Both the position numbers and the translations under genes were made by a program. A stretch of 64,000 bases of DNA from NCBI RefSeq assembly GCF_009914755.1, contig NC_060940.1; one strand, written 5' to 3'. The notes below the pieces were generated by a model that saw nothing but the letters and a program-made list of their open reading frames with translations, was not told the origin of the DNA and searched no databases. Position 1 is the first letter of the stretch. Every line of letters begins with the position of its first letter. Shown piece after piece: positions 57,826 to 64,000 of this stretch. This DNA is from the human T2T-CHM13v2.0 reference genome, Homo sapiens.

Positions 57826-58805
57826 TAGAGGAAGAGAGAGAGGGAGAGGGAGGAAGGAGAAAGGTAGAGGAGAGAGGAGGGAGAGGGAGAGGGAGGAGGA
57901 GCAGGGAGAGGGAGGAGGAGCAGGGAGAGGGAGATTAGAGGAGAAGGGAGGGAGAGGAGGAGGGAAAATGTAGCAAAGGGGAAGAGGAGAACGTGGAGGA
58001 GGAGGGAGAAGGAGGGAGCAGGGAGGAGCAGAGAAGAGGAGAAATGAGGAGGAGGGAAGAGGAGTAGGGAGAGGAAGGAGGAGGGAGAGGGAGTATGAGG
58101 GAGAGGGAACATGAGGGAGAGGGAGGGGGAAGAAAGGAGGAGGGAGCGGGAGGAGGTGAGGAAAGGAGGAGGTGAGGAAAGGAGGAAGGGAGCATGAGGG
58201 GGGGAGGGAGGGGGAAGAAAGGGGAGGAGGAGGGGGAGAGGGAGGAAGCGAGGACAGGAGGAAGAGTGAGAGGGTGGAGGGACAGGGAGGAGGAGGGAGA
58301 AGGATTGGGAGGAAAGAGGAGGAGGGGGAGGGAGAGGGAGCAGGAAGGAGAGGGATGGGGAGGAAAGAGAAAGAGGAGGAGGGAGAGGGAGCAGGGAAAG
58401 GGATGGGGAGGAAAGAGGAAGAAGATGGAGAGGGAGAAGGGAGAGGGAGTGGGAAGAAAGAGGAGGAGGAGGAGGGAGTGGGAGGAGGAGGGAGGAGCAG
58501 AGGGAAGGAGGAGAAAGGAGGAGCAGGGAAGATGAGTAGGGAGTGGGAGGAGGAAGGAGGGGAGGAAAGAGGAGGAGGGAGAAGGAGGATGAGGGAGAGG
58601 GAAGGGGGAGGAAAGAGGAGGAGGAGGGAGAGGGAGGAGTGGGGAGAGGGAGGAGGGGAGGAAGGAGGAGAAAGGAGAGGGAGGAAGGGGAGGGAGGAGT
58701 GGGGAGAGGGAAGAGGGGAGGAAAGAGGAGGAGGAAGGAGAGGGAGGAAGAGGAAGGAGGAGGGAGAGGGAGGAAGGGGAGGGAGGAGGTGGAGAGGGAG
58801 AAGGT
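57826..58805 (+). repeat. ~980-bp G/A polypurine low-complexity tract (GGA/GGGA/GAGG)
   Basis: Almost exclusively purines on the + strand. Confidence 0.95.
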
Positions 58806-59130
58806 TGAAATAATTATGGACTCAAGAAGTTACAACAGTAGTAAATAGAGTCCCATGAATATTTTCCTCCGCTTCCCCCAAGGTGACATCTTGTACAACT
58901 ATAGCCCAGTATCACTATCAGGAAAGTGACATTGGTGCCATCTGTTCACTAAACCACAGACCCTGTTCACTGTCACCGGTTTTCACCTGCACATATTTGT
59001 GTGTGTGGTTCTCTGTGGTTTTCTCTGATGTATAGATTTATGTAACAACAAATGCAACCAAGATTCAGAACTGTTCGATCACCACAGAATAACTACCATG
59101 TGATATCCCTTTATCCTGGCTCCCTACGCC
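58806..59130 (-). mobile_element. L1MB/MC-like 3' end
   Basis: ttgaaataattatggactc...gtgacatcttgtacaactatagcccagtatcactatcaggaaagtgacattgg. Confidence 0.7.
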
Positions 59131-59212
59131 ATCCAACAGGGAGCATTTTGAGCTTCCGCCACCACCTGTCTCATGGTGAAGGGGCCACAGATGCCAGGCC
59201 TACCCTGGGCTG

Positions 59213-59274
59213 TTGCTGCGTGTCTCTGAGGCCATTGCTGCGTGTCTGTGAGGCCATTGCTGCCTGTCTGTGAG
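59213..59274. repeat. 22-bp minisatellite, 2.8 copies
   Basis: Unit ttgctgcgtgtct(c/g)tgaggcca. Confidence 0.92.
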
Positions 59275-60186
59275 CAGGGGCGGCCCATCCTGCCTGTGCT
59301 GCTGTCTTATTGATATAATATCTTCTTTTACAAATCTATCTTGCCGTCTGCTCTGTCCCCCCTTCCATTGACGATTGTACCTTTGAGTGGCTCATAGAAT
59401 CATCTTGTGAAATTGGCTCTTTTTATAAATCATCCTCTCCCTGTTTCGTGTTGCATCCAACCTGATTTTGGCATAAAGGGCTCTTGTTGTCTTCTCGAGC
59501 TCCAGTGGCCAGGCTCATTGAGGCCAGGCATTGCCTTTTGTTCAAGCATCTCAGAGTAGTTTAGAAAATAAAATGCATTTCTCTGACAACCTTGTGAGGT
59601 TTTCTGGGCATTATTACCCGAAGCTCGGGGCTTTGCAATTCCCATTTCTCAGCAATCTAAGGATAAAGAAGGAGAAATCAACCAACCCTCTCTGTCCTAG
59701 GGACCCCTCGTGTTTCCTGGCCACCTTCAGATTTATGTATTTGTTTATCCCCACTATGTGCCTCTCAGTAGCTATTCAATCAGTAATCCCTCATGGTTAA
59801 TAAACTAAAGAGCTGGAGAGTGTGCACTCTCTCTCTCGTTCTCTCTCGTTTGTTGAATTTCTTAGCACACTGTGAACAGTGAACATCTGCTGAATTGCAT
59901 TGAGAGACAGCGCCACCTAATTTTGATCAAAATCGTGTTTATTATAACTTGCCCATGCAGGTTTCACTGATTCAGAGTTCATTGACAGGCTGTGTAGTTT
60001 ATCAGTGTGGTGTCTTGGAACAAGACTGGGCGAGCTCCATCACCTTGGGCAATTTGCTTAATCTTTCTGAACTCTGTCCCCACCGTTAGTCTGTAAAATG
60101 GACATGCTAACATTATGAGAAGCAAAGGAAAAGATAGGCCAGGGGCCCAGCACTTACGAGGATTCTAAAGATGGGTGGCGTTTTAC

Positions 60187-60335
60187 TTTTTTTTTTTTTT
60201 TAGCGTTTATTTTATAGCTAACGCATGCAGGGCTTAATACCTAGGTGATGGGTTGACAGGTACAGCAAACCACCATGGCACACGTTTATGTATCTAACAA
60301 ACCTGCACATCCTGCACGTGTATCCTGGAACTTAA
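60187..60335 (-). mobile_element. Short L1PA 3' end with 5' inversion (body on +, tail on -)
   Basis: T15-agcg-tttatttt followed by + strand L1PA 3'UTR that ends ggaacttaa with no A-tail. Confidence 0.75.
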
Positions 60336-60440
60336 CTATTTTATTTTAGATTTTGAGGGCGCACGTGTGGGTTTGTTACATGGGTCAGTTGAATATTGTT
60401 GGGGTTTGGTGTATGAATGATCCCATCACCCAGGTAAGTA
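60336..60440 (-). mobile_element. Older L1PA 3'-end fragment
   Basis: gggtttgttacatgggt...gtttggtgtatgaatgatcccatcacccaggtaagta. Confidence 0.75.
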
Positions 60441-60464
60441 GGAAGTCCAGGCTCATGGTGTCTG

Positions 60465-61069
<605 letters not shown>

Positions 61070-62844
61070 AGCATGTGTGTTTTCTATGCTAAGTCCCCAA
61101 ACGTACTGGATGATGGAGATCTCCTCCCTGCCATAGCCCCCAAGTCTCTTGGTAAGTTGATGACCTCCAGGGAAAGAGGACCCAGAGATGCTATTTACCA
61201 AATTGGGCCATCGTGCAAAATCAGCCATGTGACTCCCCTCCTTTCTTGTGGATTCCCACATCCAAGAAAGAGAGAACGTGTCCTTTCTCTTTGAATACGG
61301 GAAATAAGTCTGGCTGAGCAGGGCCAGATTTGTGGAGAAGAAGGGGTGGTGCAGGGGCAGGGGAGAGTGGCAAGAGGTCTTTCATGGAGCAAGACCCATG
61401 CACCTGCTGGTCCACACTGTCCTCAGGTTCCCACCTCTTCCAGATCACCTGGAACCCCCCACGTCCCTGAAAGCTGGGCTTGGCGAGAGTTGGGCGGGCT
61501 CATTCCAGCTCTTAGAGGTAAGCTTTCTGCTCCTGGTAGAACCCCAAACGTCAAATCCTATGTCTGCAGCGGTGTGTGCCTTTCATAGGCCCCAGTGCAA
61601 ACACAACAGCGGCTTTAGCTTCCTTTCACCCCTGGAAGGAGAGAGTGTGCAGGGACAGGAAGTCTGGAGTGGAAGTGCTGCTGGTGGAAGGCATGGAAAC
61701 GGAACCCAAAACACAAAACAGAAACAAATGAAATCCTCTGAGTCTCCTTCCAAATCGATTTAACATTCAGGTGAAATCCAAAGATGCTGTTTTCCCTAAA
61801 GTGAGTCCATTCTTCATGGAAGAGGAAATAATGACTCTGAACCTGCCCGGTGCAATTGCGGGGCACGTTTGGACTTGTGTGGAGTGGTCCCACTCAAAGT
61901 AGGTGTTGGAAGGAGCTGGCAGAGACCCACACCTTCACGGGATGTATGCAGCACCCCCATTCCTGATCTGATTCAGGATGTCTGTAAGCAGGAGGGTTGC
62001 TGAATGTTTTTATTTTTTATTTTTGGAAATGAATAAATAATTTAAAAGCATTAGATAAAAGCACCAATTCCATTGAACCTAAAAGACTAAAACCGTACCC
62101 AGCGTTTGCAGCCACCGCCAGGGTGTCTGTCAATAACGGAGGGTCTGGAAGAGGTGACCCCTCAGGTCAGCACAGAGCCACGTGCTTCTCTCCAGGGATG
62201 CCACAGACTGTGCAAAAACACTTTCCCTCTTTTTGTTACTGATTTCTTTGCTGGAGGAAATGGCTGTTACCTGCTCAGCACTTAATCCGGAGCCATCCCT
62301 TTACCAGCCTGTTTCCTACTAAAATTGACTCTCTCTGGAGAGGGAACAGCTGCTTCTTGTGGCTGTTTTTTCTGTTATCGCTCCAGGGAAGAGGGCAGAG
62401 AAACTTCTCCTGATTGACCCCAGGGGAGAGAGAGGCTACTTGCTGGCCAAGTGCTGGCTACCATTAAATATAACAACAGTAAAAACAGACATCTGGAGAT
62501 CAGACCAGGTGGTTAAACAACCTAGTGATGCAGGGGCTGCAACCATCCCTGCTTTACAGGTGAGAAAATTGGAGCCCAGAGCCCTGTAGTCACCTGCCCA
62601 AGATAACTCCCTTGTAAGTGGTAAAGGCAGGGTTCAAATTCATATCGGCTTCCAGCTGAGTGTAGGGCCCTCAGCACCCAGCTCCTTTCATGCCACCTCC
62701 TCTGTTTTTTTGGCTTTTACCTCATGGTGTCTTATACATCAGGCCTGGGCCCCCTGCCATCCACTGTCCCTTCCCTGTCATCCTGATGTGTCTGCAGATG
62801 CTGTGTTCTGGAAGTAAGGTTGGAGCCCTTGAGTGGGCTCACCA

Positions 62845-63591
62845 GAGAATTAGGATTCACCAGAGAATGAGTACCATCAGATGTGTACCTGTGTACATCA
62901 AAAGAGATTTATTTTAAGGAATTGGCTCATGCAGTTAAGGAGAATAGCAAGTCTAAAACCTGCAACGTGGCTGGGCACGGTGGCTCATGCCTTTAATCCC
63001 AGCACTTTAGGAGGCAGAGGTGGGTGGATCACCTGAGGTCAGGAGTTCAAGACCAGCTTGGCCAGCATGGTGAAATCCTGTCTCTACTAAAAATACAAAA
63101 ATTAGCCAGGCATAGTGGCACGTGCCTGTAACCCCAGCTGCTGGGAAGGCTGAGGCAGAAGAATTATTTGAACCTAGGAGGTGGAGGTTGCAGTGAGCTG
63201 AGATCTTGCCATTACACTCCAGCCTGGGCAACAGAGTGAGACTCTGTCTCAAAACAAAACAAAACAAAACAAAACAAAACAAATCACCCTGCAAGGTAGT
63301 TGGACAGGCTGGAGGCTCAGGACATAGCCAAGGTTACGATTCAAGCTCAAAGGCCGTCTGCTGTAAGAATTTCCTCTTGCTCCCGAGAGGTCAGTCTTGT
63401 TTTGCTCATGCCTTCACCTGATTGGATGGGGCCCACCCACATTAGAGAGTCAACCTGCTGGACTCAAAGTCCACGGATTTCTCTGTTAATATCATACAAA
63501 ACTACCCTCCCAGAAACATCCAGAATACTGTGTGACCATCTATCTGGGCATCGTGGCCCAGCCAACTTGATGTACACAATTAACCATCACA
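62845..63591 (-). mobile_element. MLT2 (D-like) solo LTR interrupted by an Alu
   Basis: agagatttattttaaggaattggctcatgc...ggcccagccaacttgatgtacacaattaaccatcaca. Confidence 0.87.
62969..63283 (+). mobile_element. Alu (AluS-type) with (AAAAC)n tail
   Basis: Full Alu; TSD cctgcaa(c/g)gt. Confidence 0.96.
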
Positions 63592-63761
63592 GGTAGAGTC
63601 AGCACCCGCTGGAAACTCTTGACGAGAAGCTGCTGCCATCCACACTGACATTGTGGGTCTGGATGCTGCGGTATTAATTGTTACACTGTGTAGGTAGCTT
63701 TGCCCTGTGGGCCCTGTCTCCTGAGGCAATAGAAAGCACCCCTGGGGGTGGCTCTGGAAGG

Positions 63762-63830
63762 GTGTGTGTGTGTGTGTCTGTGTCTGTGTGTGTGTGTGTG
63801 TATGTGTGTATGTGCATACACACAAACACA
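63762..63830 (+). repeat. Interrupted (TG)n microsatellite
   Basis: Visible directly. Confidence 0.93.
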
Positions 63831-64000
63831 ATGCATGCATTTGGAGTCCTTACTGAACTTCCCCATGGCAGAAATGTACCCCAGGCAAACCTTGAGAAGC
63901 CAGAGAGGTACAAACTTGCTATTGCTTGCTATAAAATGATTCATGATGAGGTTCAAGCATCCAGCACAGTTCCTATCACACAATGGTTACACATGTAGAG

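Noticed and set aside
58172-58848. 213-aa G/E/R-rich ORF and overlapping ORFs
   Set aside because: Open only because the purine tract lacks T and hence stop codons
59213-59274. Short direct repeats as a CRISPR-like array
   Set aside because: Head-to-tail units with no spacers, in a eukaryotic context
59908-59923. CTCF-like CAGCGCCACCT
   Set aside because: Only half of the core matches; the flanking GTGG is replaced by ATTT

Overview
Primate, almost certainly human, non-coding genomic DNA. I find no supportable intact protein-coding exon, RNA gene or CRISPR array. The one clearly gene-derived feature is a full-length processed NPM1 (nucleophosmin) pseudogene at 1349-2680 (+). It sits directly after the A-tail of an Alu and is followed tail-to-tail by what looks like a second, 5'-truncated antisense mRNA 3'-end retrocopy. 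The rest is a dense mosaic of about 29 Alus, MaLR/ERVL solo LTRs (MLT1, MST/THE1, MLT2, LTR16/33-type), old L1/L2/MIR fragments, DNA transposons (two MADE1, MER20, MER5, MER58, MER3) and simple repeats, including a ~1 kb polypurine tract. Nearly all supplied ORFs are Alu or low-complexity artefacts. I do not see evidence of a new biological system. The best leads are retrotransposition and repair footprints, a UGCAUG-rich UG tract, and a few motif-dense unique segments that may be enhancers. From recall only and unverified, NPM1P3 in the far-upstream RBFOX1 region of 16p13.3 is one candidate identity for the locus; a BLAT search would settle it. Repeat subfamily names come from recalled consensus features, not from RepeatMasker, and boundaries of old repeats are approximate.
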